A DNA stretch of 64,000 nucleotides from Opitutales bacterium (GCA_965197745.1 CBDANS010000007.1:128001-192000), one strand, 5' to 3'. Positions 1-10,503 are shown, counted from the stretch's first letter. Numbers and translations: made by a program. The notes: generated by a model from the letters alone, not told the origin.

Positions 1-2
1 AA

Positions 3-335
3 AGTCTCTCTAAAGAGGTAGTTACCTGGATTGAAAAACAGCTAGGGAGCAATTATCCCTGGCCCGGCAATTTTCGTGAACTCGAACAATGTGTTTGTAA
101 CATCCTTATTCATCATGAATACCATCCCGAGCACAGTGGTGACGGTGATTTAGAAACTCAATTCGATAACTACAACTTAACCGCTGAAGAAGTGCTTCGG
201 CAATATATTACACGCGTATATTTACATACGAATAATAATTTGCAAGAGACAGCGCGCGTTGTTGGATACGATCGCCGTACCGTAAAGAAATTTATCGATC
301 AAGACCAACTTGATAAAATTTCTAACAATGACTGA
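3..335 (+). CDS. Sigma-54-dependent transcriptional activator, C-terminal part (runs off window start)
   Basis: Manual translation gives YPWPGNFRELEQCV (sigma-54 activator motif) and a C-terminal HTH LQETARVVGYDRRTV; TGA at 333-335; not in ORF track. Confidence 0.85.
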   Translation, partial: SLSKEVVTWIEKQLGSNYPWPGNFRELEQCVCNILIHHEYHPEHSGDGDLETQFDNYNLTAEEVLRQYITRVYLHTNNNLQETARVVGYDRRTVKKFIDQDQLDKISNND

Positions 336-392
336 GTGTTTACCGCTCAGATAGGCATTTTTACCCCCGCATCGTAAGTGCCCATAAAAGGC

Positions 393-1859
393 CTAACAAT
401 TATCAGTTTTTCGCTTTTTGAAAATTATATCTTTTACGGTCGGTTCAAAAGGAATGGCGATAGATTCAACCATCCCCCGCTTATTTAATTTAAAAGAGGC
501 CTTGAGGAGATCGCCTATAATCGGATTGTTCATTTCAAATACATCATCCTGTTTATGTTTTAATCGGAATGTGAACAAATTAAAACAGAGTGCGAGTTGG
601 CGTTTTTCTAGAGAAATGACAAGGGACCCATAACCAGGATTGAAATAAATTCCCGTATAATCTTTGAGTGGTTTGGAACATCCTGCTCCCCGTGTTTTTT
701 TATTCTTTTTCTCAGCTAATGCCTTGTCCTTTTTGTTTAATCTTTTGCATCGGGCATTCCAGGGTAATAGATCAAGTCCCATAATACGGTCATAGATATT
801 AAGGGGAATAATGATACTTAACGGTGAGCTCATTATATTGGTGAGAACAATAACTCCTGTAGATTCTGTGGGCATAAAAGAAGCGTCTGCATTAAAACCA
901 CCATATTGGCCTCCGTGTCGTATCCACTGATAGCCCCGATAGGGTCGGATGTTCCAACCCAGGGCATAGAAACCATAAAATAATTCATTGTTTATTCCTT
1001 GACGTGTATCTACTACCTGGGGGGTATGAATTTCATTTAATGACTGCTCTGTGATAATTGATTGACCACCCACTTTCCCCCGGGACATTTGAAATTTCAG
1101 CCAGCGACACATATCTTCACCATTGGAAATAATCGATCCGGCAGGTCCGCACGGTCCTATACCGGTCCGGGCATTGATTCCTCTCTTAGAACCACGATCC
1201 CATCGGATTAATTTATTTTTCACCTTTTCATACCCAATGGCAAGGTGGCCATTCTCAGCCAGATCAGGAGCAAAAAAATAACTGTTATTCATTCCCAATG
1301 GCTTGAATAGGCGGTCGTTAATAAACTGTTCCCAGGATAAGTGAGTGACATGCTCAATTAAAGCGCCGGTCACAAGATACATTAGATTATTGTATTGGTA
1401 TACTGTGCGAAAATCTTTATTCAGGTCCAGGTAGCGCAACCTTTTAATGACCTCATCACGCGTCATCGATGATCCGGCAAAGGCAAAGTCATGTTGGGGC
1501 AGGCCGCTGCGATGAGTGAGGAGATCCCGGGGAGTCAAACGTTCGGTCGCTACCGCATCTTTCATCTTAAAGTGTGGCAGGTATTGCCTGACCGGGGTAT
1601 CCCATTCCAGTTTCCCCTCGTCGACAAGGATTCCTATCGCGGTTGCCGTAAATGATTTGGTGCATGAGCCAACCCCAAAGTGGGTGCCCGGCTCTACAGG
1701 CAATGAACGCTTCATATCCCGTGTGCCGTATCCCTTTAAATAGACAATACGATTCTTATTAATAATACCCAGAGCAAGACCGGGGACATCCCAATCTTTC
1801 ATGCATTTCTTAATAAAGCGATCAACGCCATCCAGGTATTTTTCATTTTTCGGGTTCAT
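393..1859 (-). CDS. Serine hydrolase, beta-lactamase/AmpC-like, with DUF3471-type C-terminus
   Basis: SxxK (SCTK), YxN (YNN), HGG motifs, LLTHRSGL, C-terminal YTGIYFNPGYG. Confidence 0.88.
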   Translation of the reverse strand: MNPKNEKYLDGVDRFIKKCMKDWDVPGLALGIINKNRIVYLKGYGTRDMKRSLPVEPGTHFGVGSCTKSFTATAIGILVDEGKLEWDTPVRQYLPHFKMKDAVATERLTPRDLLTHRSGLPQHDFAFAGSSMTRDEVIKRLRYLDLNKDFRTVYQYNNLMYLVTGALIEHVTHLSWEQFINDRLFKPLGMNNSYFFAPDLAENGHLAIGYEKVKNKLIRWDRGSKRGINARTGIGPCGPAGSIISNGEDMCRWLKFQMSRGKVGGQSIITEQSLNEIHTPQVVDTRQGINNELFYGFYALGWNIRPYRGYQWIRHGGQYGGFNADASFMPTESTGVIVLTNIMSSPLSIIIPLNIYDRIMGLDLLPWNARCKRLNKKDKALAEKKNKKTRGAGCSKPLKDYTGIYFNPGYGSLVISLEKRQLALCFNLFTFRLKHKQDDVFEMNNPIIGDLLKASFKLNKRGMVESIAIPFEPTVKDIIFKKRKTDNC

Positions 1860-2110
1860 CTTAAGCAGTATTAATCTCTTATAAATTTAAAATTATAATC
1901 CAATAATTAATTATTATAGTGTTTCCACATGCATATCTCCCAGCATAAATACCAGAAGACTGGTAACCATTATTAACTAACATAAAAAACCCCTCCATTT
2001 GACATCGGGCTCAAATGCATGGCTATAATTTTGACTGTATATAATTTAATTTTTTCTTTTTAGATTACAATTTGAAATAAATTTTAATTAAGGATTGAAT
2101 ATATGAAATG

Positions 2111-2533
2111 TTAACATGAAGGCGCACGGCCGACTCCAGAGTCACTAAACGCATCGATAATGATGATTACGTCACCAATAACTTCAAAGAGAGTTGCTGT
2201 TTTTTGAGCGTCGAAATAACGTAATTCCAACGTTTCAATTTCGCTTATAGGAATAGCTTCATCGGTGGTATTTATAGCATCGGGTGAGATACTGACTATT
2301 TTTATATTATGCGATTTTCCATCTTTGGTCGTGATCTTTACTTTATCACCAACATTTAATTCGAATCGAAAATCAGTCGTCAATGGATCAACAGCCTGAT
2401 AAGTGGTGCAGGCTGTAATGTTGAACGACCCCACCAGGATGATCATGCTTATGACTTTTTTATGTAATAAGAGAGCCATGAGAGAAAACTCCTGATGATT
2501 GGTTTTCGTGTCTAATGAAATGTGTTGGGTCAT
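2111..2533 (-). CDS. Hypothetical lipoprotein-like protein
   Basis: Hydrophobic stretch ending in ITAC (lipobox-like); true start probably downstream of the track start. Confidence 0.55.
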   Translation of the reverse strand: MTQHISLDTKTNHQEFSLMALLLHKKVISMIILVGSFNITACTTYQAVDPLTTDFRFELNVGDKVKITTKDGKSHNIKIVSISPDAINTTDEAIPISEIETLELRYFDAQKTATLFEVIGDVIIIIDAFSDSGVGRAPSC

Positions 2534-2577
2534 TTTTCCGGGTCTGATAATATATATTCAATTACGCGATTGTAAAG

Positions 2578-2607
2578 TTGACACGTGTATAAGGGGTTAT
2601 CTATCAT
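2578..2607 (+). promoter_or_regulatory. Putative sigma-70 promoter in the IS1595 end, reading into the passenger ORF
   Basis: TTGACA(2578)-18 bp-TATCAT(2602); the other IR likewise has TTGACA-17 bp-TAATAT on the minus strand toward the transposase. Confidence 0.5.
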
Positions 2608-2613
2608 GTTTGA

Positions 2614-3126
2614 ATGCGTAGAAGGGCACAGTTGTTTTTCATCTGGGTTGGAGAGGTGTTTGTTGGTTTAATTGTGGATTTTTTTATGGAAGACAAGTAT
2701 AACCTGATTATATATATTTTCGTGGCTATTATTGCAATAGGGGCGGCTATTTGCCTCTCCTTGCCTGAAATAATAGCTTGGCTTTCTGGTAGGACGTCAT
2801 TCAAAACGGCTGCCAAAAGCTTTATTAAAGCACCATCTACTCATACATGGATGCCAGAAAGCGAAATACTAAAAATTATCCGAAAATCATCTGCTGTCAT
2901 GAAAAACAGCCCTCGGAGAAATCAACCAGCTAGGACTATGCATGATACATTCATGTCACCGTTCATAGCTGGTCCAAGTGGGGAAACACAATACATACGT
3001 CAGCATGAAAAGGATGCATCCAAAGGAATTTTATATAATATTGTTGAAAAGCATCCGTCCGCTAAAAATGGAGACAAGTTCAGCAAAGAAATTATTGAAT
3101 TTGAGCTATACCAAATGGTGCTCTAG
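2614..3126 (+). CDS. Hypothetical membrane-anchored passenger protein of IS1595
   Basis: 170-aa ORF inside the IS ends with a hydrophobic segment; start may be MEDKY (2686). Confidence 0.55.
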   Translation: MRRRAQLFFIWVGEVFVGLIVDFFMEDKYNLIIYIFVAIIAIGAAICLSLPEIIAWLSGRTSFKTAAKSFIKAPSTHTWMPESEILKIIRKSSAVMKNSPRRNQPARTMHDTFMSPFIAGPSGETQYIRQHEKDASKGILYNIVEKHPSAKNGDKFSKEIIEFELYQMVL

Positions 3127-3152
3127 GCATAACGGGAGAGGAAATCTTTATT

Positions 3153-3359
3153 ATGGCTATTGGAAAATATTTGAGTTTGGAAGAAGCTTGCAAAAAGGGT
3201 AAGTTAAAACGCTTTGCTAAAGAACACCAAGCTGAAGCTGACGAGCGGTTTTGGCCAACACTGGATGCAGCAGTTACAGGGAGGAAATCAAAGCAGGAAA
3301 CATCTGTTCAGGCTTGTGTCGATAATTGTAACGAAACTCAAACTCTTTCAGATACTTGA
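3153..3359 (+). CDS. Small hypothetical protein overlapping the transposase 3' end convergently
   Basis: 68 aa (MAIGKYLSLEEACKKGKL...); GGAGAGG SD-like sequence upstream. Confidence 0.45.
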   Translation: MAIGKYLSLEEACKKGKLKRFAKEHQAEADERFWPTLDAAVTGRKSKQETSVQACVDNCNETQTLSDT

Positions 3360-4131
3360 AAAGATGATTTTCAGAAACATGAATATGTGTTCCACGGATA
3401 GACAATTTCAAACGAGCCCAAAATCCTTCAATGCTATTTACATGGGAGCCACCAAGCACCCATTTGCCAGCACCATGATTCACTTTCTTATGATTATATC
3501 CAACTTTGTTGAGACCCTTGTAAGAACGAAGCTCGTCTGTGTGAACGGTACTACCAGCCTTCACATTCTCTTTAATAATAGGCTGCAAGGTGCGTTTTTT
3601 GACATTGGAAACAACCTTTGTTATTACATCACCATCTCTGTTCAGCATGCCAAACGCAATCGCCTTATTGGGTGCACCACGGCCACGCTTACCACCGGAG
3701 GACTTACCACCAATATAGGTTTCATCGGCCTCGATATTGCCATTAAGAGGACTTTCACTATCCGTATTGGACATGTGCTCACGTATTTTATGAGCCATTC
3801 TCAAAGCAGTCGGATAAGCCACCCCAAGTTGTCTGTGAAGCTCCATAGCGGGGACTCCATGTCTTGTGGTAGTGAAAAGATAAATGGCATAAAACCATTT
3901 CTGCAATGGAACATGCGAACCTACAAACATGGTTTTGCTCATTGGATAGATTTCATGACCGCACCAAGCACACTCATAAGCGGGGTGGCGTTTAGTGCGA
4001 TAGAACTTTCCATGCTTACCGCATTTTGGGCAATCCATTGTATCACCATGTTGCTTATGCATCAGGTAATCAAGGCAGGCATTGTCATTCGGAAAATTTT
4101 GTATAAACGCTTGAAATGTCGTAGTTTTCAT
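3274..4131 (-). CDS. IS1595-family (ISXO2-like) DDE transposase
   Basis: Zn ribbon CPKC...CAWC, EADETYIGG, TDE, NSIEGFW, YLKEFEFRYN. Confidence 0.95.
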   Translation of the reverse strand: MKTTTFQAFIQNFPNDNACLDYLMHKQHGDTMDCPKCGKHGKFYRTKRHPAYECAWCGHEIYPMSKTMFVGSHVPLQKWFYAIYLFTTTRHGVPAMELHRQLGVAYPTALRMAHKIREHMSNTDSESPLNGNIEADETYIGGKSSGGKRGRGAPNKAIAFGMLNRDGDVITKVVSNVKKRTLQPIIKENVKAGSTVHTDELRSYKGLNKVGYNHKKVNHGAGKWVLGGSHVNSIEGFWARLKLSIRGTHIHVSENHLFKYLKEFEFRYNYRHKPEQMFPALISSL

Positions 4132-4786
4132 AATTACCTCCCATTTTTAAAGGTATATTACAAGAATTACTTACACGTGTCAACTATATAATTACGTTCA
4201 ATTAAATGACGCATAAAGAATGCCAATGAAACACACAGTTACATTAGTTGTTGAATAAAAATAACATATAGTACCTTAGCAGCATCAGATAAAGAGAGAC
4301 AATGGCCTGAAATGGACATAGGATGGCAATGGCAGTACATGTCGTGTATGCCACAGTTCCACCCGGTTCCTGCGAGGGGATAGGTTAAAACGATGGAGGT
4401 ACCCTATGGTATTCTACCAATCGAACACCCGGGGAATGGGTTGGCAGATTGAAAATTGAGCGACTGAATAATCAAGCAATTTCCTCTACGGATCCCTATC
4501 TTCAGGGACTCTACCGGCGACACGGCATTATGATAAGTGATCAGTAAAGATCTGAGATAAAAGACCGCGCCGCGCTGACTTACGGGTCATGCATAAAATG
4601 TATTCCTGTAAACATTCTATGCTGACATTCGTCTTACGAAAGCACCCTTACAAACCGGCGAAAAATTTTTAATCAGGTTAGCTTCAATAACTTAAAAATC
4701 AGAAGTAATAATTGGCATCAACGATGCTAAGTAAACGGCAAGATTCAATAAGAACGCAGTTTAATAAAACAGGGAGATGAACAATC

Positions 4787-5002
4787 ATGATGCCGATTAA
4801 CAAAGTTAAACCAAGAAATATTACAGGCGATACTGAAGAGCTGCTCGATGTTTTCTATACAATGTTCGCCGGTGCGATGTTCGAAGCGCAGACCAAGGGC
4901 GAAATCAAGCCCTTCAGCGCATCACGTAAAACGATCCCCTCACGGAAGCATAGAGGAGACCAGGAAAATTCAAACAAATACCGTAAAGCTTTTTTGCAGT
5001 AG
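4787..5002 (+). CDS. Hypothetical small protein or gene fragment
   Basis: 71-aa ORF with GGGAG upstream; no recognisable motif. Confidence 0.25.
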   Translation: MMPINKVKPRNITGDTEELLDVFYTMFAGAMFEAQTKGEIKPFSASRKTIPSRKHRGDQENSNKYRKAFLQ

Positions 5003-5176
5003 ATAGAGGAGTCCAGACCATGAGTCGAATAGAACAAGCTTATTGGAACAAGCGGTGTTTAATTGAGGATATAAAAGCGCGACGCTGGGAGTGCTTCTGC
5101 TTCCACATTCACGGGCTGTATCGAGCAGTGGGTCTCGAGCATTAGTCATTATTTAATGGGTAATGTCTGAAAAAAA

Positions 5177-6604
5177 GTGATGAACGCTATTAAAGTCATG
5201 AAACACAATTTTATGAAATTTCAACTGCAGAGTTTCGCTGTAACTTTTTTCTTTTTAACCACGAGCATCTTAAGGGCGAGCGATAATACGCCTCATATAA
5301 CTTTAGAACCACCCGATGCGGAATCCGAAACCACGGTCGAACTGGTACTCGAAGGATCGGGAGAAACGGTGGGCGAAAATATCGTTCACGCCAACGGCAA
5401 TATATATAACCAGGTCTTACTCACGGGCGAGCGCGTAACCCTTCGAACCGATGAAGGTGAAATTACACACGTTTCATTCATTGACGAAAACGATGACATC
5501 GTTCAAGTGGAATTCTCCGGTAACGCGATTGTGACCCTTTCACTGAATCCTAATACCTTTCAACCCGCTGCACCACCGGTTAAATATAATCAGCCGTCAG
5601 TGAATTATGTAAAAGGTCGGGCCACGGTAACGGTTGAAGAAGCAGACGAAAACACCTTTTTAAGTATCTTCACGGTGGGTAGCCTTAATGCTGTAAATCA
5701 ATCCTTATTTCCCATGGGTGTGGATTATGATGGTATGGCAGATGTTGCTTTGCTTGAAATTTCAGGAAACGGGATTGGCGGTATATTGACCGCGAATACA
5801 AGGTTTTCAGATGATAATGGATTTACCGGAATTCTTGCCGATGAAGTGAATGTCCGCTATCGCGCAACAGTCGGTGATATCGATGCGCGCGGCAGCGCGG
5901 TGCCGACTTTAGTTTTTGGTGAAGGTTCTGTTTTTGAAAATGATGACGGGGCAATACTGATCGCGGGGGGCAATTTGGTTCAATCTAATGGGACTGACGT
6001 GACAGTCAGCTTAACGGGAAGTAATGCCGGATTTAGTTCCGTCAGTTCGCGACCCAATTTTAAATCGAATGGAACGGAACAATCAGCACAAATCATTCCC
6101 GTTACCTTTACTAATTTGTCGGGTCAGATTATCAGTGTTCCCGTTGGTGAACAATCAGCACCGGGTCAATCTGCGGGATCAGCGCCGTCCAGTTTAGATG
6201 GGAAAACGTATATGGCTATCGTCGATGGATTTCCGGAATTTCCAGACAGTTATTCCTTTGAAGGAGACACCAGTGGAACGTTTAAGGATGAAGCCGATTT
6301 AACGATTGAGGGAATATTTATTTCGGTCCTAATCACCGGGACATTTAATTATTCAATAGATATTAATGATCCCAACAGGGCGTTTCTTACGATAAATATA
6401 GAATATTATTCTGCAATAATCCCGGGAATTTTAAAAATGGAGGGTACTCCTCATGAGTTGGCAAACGATCTGCTCATTCCTGCTCCAAGATCAGTGGTTT
6501 ACACAATTGATTTTATCAGTTCTGCAAATGGCGCTTTTGTCAGCAATATTACATATACGGATGGTACGGTTTATCTAAGTCATGGCACCTTTGTTGGGGA
6601 GTAA
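5177..6604 (+). CDS. Secreted hypothetical protein with an Opitutae-type conserved domain
   Basis: Signal peptide; NIVHANGNIYNQVLLTG...SFIDENDDIVQVEFSG...YNQPSVNYVKG resembles a domain I recall from Opitutae surface proteins. Confidence 0.7.
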   Translation: MMNAIKVMKHNFMKFQLQSFAVTFFFLTTSILRASDNTPHITLEPPDAESETTVELVLEGSGETVGENIVHANGNIYNQVLLTGERVTLRTDEGEITHVSFIDENDDIVQVEFSGNAIVTLSLNPNTFQPAAPPVKYNQPSVNYVKGRATVTVEEADENTFLSIFTVGSLNAVNQSLFPMGVDYDGMADVALLEISGNGIGGILTANTRFSDDNGFTGILADEVNVRYRATVGDIDARGSAVPTLVFGEGSVFENDDGAILIAGGNLVQSNGTDVTVSLTGSNAGFSSVSSRPNFKSNGTEQSAQIIPVTFTNLSGQIISVPVGEQSAPGQSAGSAPSSLDGKTYMAIVDGFPEFPDSYSFEGDTSGTFKDEADLTIEGIFISVLITGTFNYSIDINDPNRAFLTINIEYYSAIIPGILKMEGTPHELANDLLIPAPRSVVYTIDFISSANGAFVSNITYTDGTVYLSHGTFVGE

Positions 6605-6623
6605 TTCATATTGAATTAAGATA

Positions 6624-8066
6624 ATGAAATTTTTCATTAAAGGATATTGGATACTTTTTTTTCTGAATATTTCCCTTGGTGCTACCGAAATAAATTCATC
6701 AAGTCCTGGAGTTTGCCTCGGACCTGAAATCTTAATCGGGAAGAGTATCTACCAGAATACAACTTTTATTACAGGGGTGTCAGTTTTTTCAAAACAGATA
6801 AGGGTCACTTCTGGGAATTTTCAGGCGTTAATAGACAAGGATGATCAGGTTCATGTATTATTATCACTTATAGATAAAAAAATATATATGACAATCAACC
6901 TGGAAGGGACTGTTAAAAAATCAGTAGTTAAAGATTACGGTTTTGGCGGCGGGACGGGTTATACTAATGACGAAATGGCTCTCGATCAGGAAGGGATTAT
7001 CCATGTTTTTTCACAAAGCGTTGATTATTTCACATGGTATTATGAGCATTATGTGCAAAGTGGAGACCAGTGGGAAGTGTCCCCCGAGAGTATTATGGAA
7101 TTCGCAAAAACCAGCCCTCAATGGTCTGAAGGCGATAATGGAAAAATTCCTTTTATCAACAGCTGTAAAGGTGAAGAGATACTTCACGGTTATATCATGT
7201 CCGCTAAAAAGAAAAGGGAGCAATCTTCTAATCGGTCGATATGGCATATAAAACCTGGTTACGTGGGAATATCTCCTTCTCCACCAAAGCCGAATAAAAT
7301 ATCGAATAAATTATTAATATTAAGGGAGAGCTCTATTGGTGGATCACGCGGTACGGTTATCGATGTGGAAGATAAATCTGCGATAGTAGACTTTTTAATC
7401 GAAGCTGATAAAAACGGAACGTTAAATGTTTTATATTTTATAGACACATTAAGGAAAAATGGAACTAGGAAAATCAATGTTGCTTTCGCTAAGCTTACGC
7501 CTGAAGAAACTGTAAATAATGATATCGAAATTGCAGTTACTCAAAAACGTGTGCCCTTAACCAGTCCAATAATGTATCCTGTATTCGAGGGAATGGAATT
7601 ACCTATAACTCGAGTGACAGGAAATCTGACTGGGGACTATCAAGGAATTCGGGTATATGATGAAATTCCATCTTACGACATGGCAGTCGACCAGGATTCA
7701 GGAATAGTAATGATTGCAAATATACCCTCACAACGGCCTATTGAACTTGGACCCATACAACCTTCACCCGCCATTGTCCGAACCATTATCGATGGCACCA
7801 TAGGTGATCCCGTTCAGCTCGGTAAGGACGTTTTCCAAATTAAAATTGCCCCGGCTGGAAAGGGAAATTTTCATGCCCTTCTTCTACATAAGAACGATGA
7901 AAAAGTTATATACATGAAGTATCACGATGGCGTCTGGTCGAAACCGATCGAAGTGGGGATTGGAAATTTGTTAAATGGACTGGTTTCAAGTAACGAAGGT
8001 AAGGTATTGGCCATCTGGAATTATAAACGTGAGATGAAAGCCAGGTGGATAGAGTCAATACATTAG
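6624..8066 (+). CDS. Secreted hypothetical protein (possible beta-propeller)
   Basis: Signal peptide; repeated DxxGxxHV-like blades and W-S-x-P motif. Confidence 0.65.
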   Translation: MKFFIKGYWILFFLNISLGATEINSSSPGVCLGPEILIGKSIYQNTTFITGVSVFSKQIRVTSGNFQALIDKDDQVHVLLSLIDKKIYMTINLEGTVKKSVVKDYGFGGGTGYTNDEMALDQEGIIHVFSQSVDYFTWYYEHYVQSGDQWEVSPESIMEFAKTSPQWSEGDNGKIPFINSCKGEEILHGYIMSAKKKREQSSNRSIWHIKPGYVGISPSPPKPNKISNKLLILRESSIGGSRGTVIDVEDKSAIVDFLIEADKNGTLNVLYFIDTLRKNGTRKINVAFAKLTPEETVNNDIEIAVTQKRVPLTSPIMYPVFEGMELPITRVTGNLTGDYQGIRVYDEIPSYDMAVDQDSGIVMIANIPSQRPIELGPIQPSPAIVRTIIDGTIGDPVQLGKDVFQIKIAPAGKGNFHALLLHKNDEKVIYMKYHDGVWSKPIEVGIGNLLNGLVSSNEGKVLAIWNYKREMKARWIESIH

Positions 8067-8348
8067 TCCATTCTAATGGGTAAGTTGTCCACGCTATGCT
8101 AATGGCGTTGAAGAAGTAATTTTATATGCTTAAAGTCGATAATCGTTTGGATTGGTAAAGTTCATATTCATTACACCTGACTGCAAAAGTAAAATCAGCT
8201 ATGGCGCGCGATTGGACGGCAGCGGCTCGAGTTCCCTGGGCCATCTCGAACATCAGTAGCGCTGTATTTATTTACTTACAAGATTTTATGTTTTTAGTTT
8301 GCAGAGCGACTTTATCTGGGATTAATTTCCAAACTCGCTTAAAATTAT

Positions 8349-9098
8349 ATGACAACTTTCAGGCAGCGCGTTCTCAACAGGGAAATACTCAAAGGGACAT
8401 TTTTAAATTTAGGGTCGCATATAACGGTTGAGATCGCGGGGAAGGCCGGATTTGACTGGCTTCTGATCGACACGGAACACGGGGTAGGGGATCATGAAAC
8501 ACTGGTCCATCAATTACAAGCAACCGGTAATACCGATGCGGAGCCATTTGTGCGTATCGCCGCCAACGAAACACCCCGCTACAAACGGGTGCTGGATTTA
8601 GGGGCTCGCGGGGTCATGGTTCCCTGGGTGAGCAACGTTGAAGAGGCCGAACTTGCGGTCAGGTCGATGCGCTATCCACCAGAAGGGATCCGGGGTGTCG
8701 CCAGCCTTAACCGAGCCTGCCAGTTTGGACAGGATTTTGATAATTATTATGCCAGGGCCAATGAAGAGTTGGTGACCGTGGTGCAGATTGAAACGGTGGA
8801 AGCTGTAGAAAATGCGGAAAGGATGGCATCCATAGACGGTATCGATGTGCTCTTTGTCGGGCCGACGGATTTGACGACAAACTATGGGATCAGTCGTCAA
8901 TTTGATCACCCCACCTACCGGGATGCCGTTGCCAAAGTAAACGCCGCCTGCATATCTGAGGGGAAAGCAGCGGGAATTCTCCTCGCTAATACGGGACAAA
9001 TCAAACAGGCACAGGATGATGGCTTTAGTTTTATTGCCGTTGGATCGGATGGCGGGGTCCTGGCATCCGGAATGAAAAATCTAGTTGAAGCCTTCTAA
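8349..9098 (+). CDS. HpcH/HpaI (GarL/RhmA-like) class II pyruvate aldolase
   Basis: GFDWLLIDTEHG, VVQIET, LFVGPTDL motifs. Confidence 0.92.
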   Translation: MTTFRQRVLNREILKGTFLNLGSHITVEIAGKAGFDWLLIDTEHGVGDHETLVHQLQATGNTDAEPFVRIAANETPRYKRVLDLGARGVMVPWVSNVEEAELAVRSMRYPPEGIRGVASLNRACQFGQDFDNYYARANEELVTVVQIETVEAVENAERMASIDGIDVLFVGPTDLTTNYGISRQFDHPTYRDAVAKVNAACISEGKAAGILLANTGQIKQAQDDGFSFIAVGSDGGVLASGMKNLVEAF

Positions 9099-9120
9099 GC
9101 AACTCGTAGGGTGGGGAAAT

Positions 9121-10086
9121 ATGATTAAAATATGGGCTGATAGAGCAATCCCCGATAAATATCTTCCACTCTTGGATGGCGTAGCCGAAGAGACAGGTAT
9201 GCGCTCGGAAATACCTGACGAATCCACGTCCAGTTTCCCGGGAGCAGACGGTGCAGTGGTGTCCGCGAGAATAAAATACGATGGAAAGTTATTTGACCAG
9301 GTCCCCACCTTAAAAGTTATCTCCCGCACGGGAATCGGGTACGATAACATCAATGTTGCCGATGCCACGGAGCGCAACATCGCCGTGTGTCATGCTCCGA
9401 ATGGGCCAACCATCTCCACGGCAGAACTTACAATTGCCTTCCTTTTCGCGACGACCCGGCAGATTAAACAATGTGAATCGGATATGATCAACGGGAGTAA
9501 GCGAGATTATATGTATACTTACAAGGGGTGGGAACTCGCAGGTAAGACTCTGGGTCTGGTCGGCCTGGGCCGGATTGGAGGCCACGTCTCAAAAATTGCC
9601 CGCGGAATCGGGATGAATATCATCGTTTATGATCCCTTTATTACTAAGGATCGCGCCGATGAACTGGGAGTCAAGTTGGTCCCTACGCTTGAGGAGGTAT
9701 TAAAATCCGCGGATGTTGTTTCCCTGCACCTGCCATTATCCGATGACACGCGCCATACGATTAATACTGAAAATATCGGGTTCATGAAAAAAGGCGCTTA
9801 TCTCTTAAATTGCGCGCGCGGCGGGTTATTGGAGGAAAAAGCTTTGCTCAGTGCACTCGATAGCGGTCATTTAGAAGGAGCCGGCATTGATGTCTATGAT
9901 AAGGAGCCGCCACCACCCGACCATCCCTATCTAAATCGTCTTGATATTGTCGCCACTCCGCATGTCGCGGGTGTTACCGATGTGAGCAGAGACAACATAT
10001 GGACGACCGCGATTAAGCAAGTGATACAAGTCTGCCAGGGTGAGAAACCGCCACACCTTTTAAATCCGGAAATTTGGAATGATTAA
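9121..10086 (+). CDS. D-isomer-specific 2-hydroxyacid dehydrogenase (SerA-like)
   Basis: GIGYDNI, GLGRIG, LNCARGG, DVYDKEP, TPHVAG; ATG at 9121 chosen. Confidence 0.92.
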   Translation: MIKIWADRAIPDKYLPLLDGVAEETGMRSEIPDESTSSFPGADGAVVSARIKYDGKLFDQVPTLKVISRTGIGYDNINVADATERNIAVCHAPNGPTISTAELTIAFLFATTRQIKQCESDMINGSKRDYMYTYKGWELAGKTLGLVGLGRIGGHVSKIARGIGMNIIVYDPFITKDRADELGVKLVPTLEEVLKSADVVSLHLPLSDDTRHTINTENIGFMKKGAYLLNCARGGLLEEKALLSALDSGHLEGAGIDVYDKEPPPPDHPYLNRLDIVATPHVAGVTDVSRDNIWTTAIKQVIQVCQGEKPPHLLNPEIWND

Positions 10087-10114
10087 TCATTAACAGGAAA
10101 CAGACAGAATATAT

Positions 10115-10441
10115 ATGAAACAGAAAAATCTAGAGGTAGCAAAAGCAGTAGAAAATCCACCCGGTGTTATTCGCAAGACGCTGGCTTACAATAAAGAGAC
10201 AATGTTGTGTCACTTTTCCCTGAAGAAGGGAGCTAAAATACCATTGCACAATCACCCACCGGTGCAGATTGGCTATATCGTCAGCGGTCACGCCCGTTTT
10301 CTCGGAGACAATGAGTTTGAGGTGAAAGCGGGAGAAGCATATTGCATCGAATCAGGGGTGACTCACGGCACCGAAGCGTTAGAAGATACTGTCTATGTCG
10401 AAGTGTTCAGCCCGTCCCGCGAAGAATATGAAGATTTTTGA
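10115..10441 (+). CDS. Cupin domain protein (KdgF-like)
   Basis: HNHPPVQIGYIVSG, THG and EVFSPSREEY motifs. Confidence 0.85.
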   Translation: MKQKNLEVAKAVENPPGVIRKTLAYNKETMLCHFSLKKGAKIPLHNHPPVQIGYIVSGHARFLGDNEFEVKAGEAYCIESGVTHGTEALEDTVYVEVFSPSREEYEDF

Positions 10442-10446
10442 AATTA

Positions 10447-10503
10447 GCGGATATGCATGAATGCGGTGAAGCGGATACGAATGAATGCGGTGAAGCGGAT
10501 ACG
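10447..10503 (+). repeat. 24-bp tandem repeat, about 2.4 copies
   Basis: GCGGATATGCATGAATGCGGTGAA / GCGGATACGAATGAATGCGGTGAA / GCGGATACG. Confidence 0.9.

Larger units (their letters stand above)
2565..4196 (-). mobile_element. IS1595-family insertion sequence with passenger ORFs (1632 bp)
   Basis: Terminal IRs CGCGATTGTAAAGTTGACACGTGTA (2565-2589) vs CGTAATTATATAGTTGACACGTGTA (4196-4172, reverse); perfect 8-bp direct repeat TTCAATTA at 2557-2564 and 4197-4204. Confidence 0.95.

Noticed and set aside
1999..2029. Perfect TTGACA and TATAAT hexamers
   Set aside because: Spacer is 19 bp, the region is very AT-rich, and it points into the 3' end of an opposite-strand gene; not supportable without TSS data
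3214..4191. 325-aa ORF on + strand
   Set aside because: Antisense shadow of the IS1595 transposase; no motifs
4300..4560. Fragment reading VHVVYA...LWYSTN..GEW, like a propeller blade
   Set aside because: Short, contains stops; cannot be supported as a gene or ncRNA
10447..10503. Possible mini CRISPR array
   Set aside because: Repeats are contiguous with no spacers, and no cas genes are present
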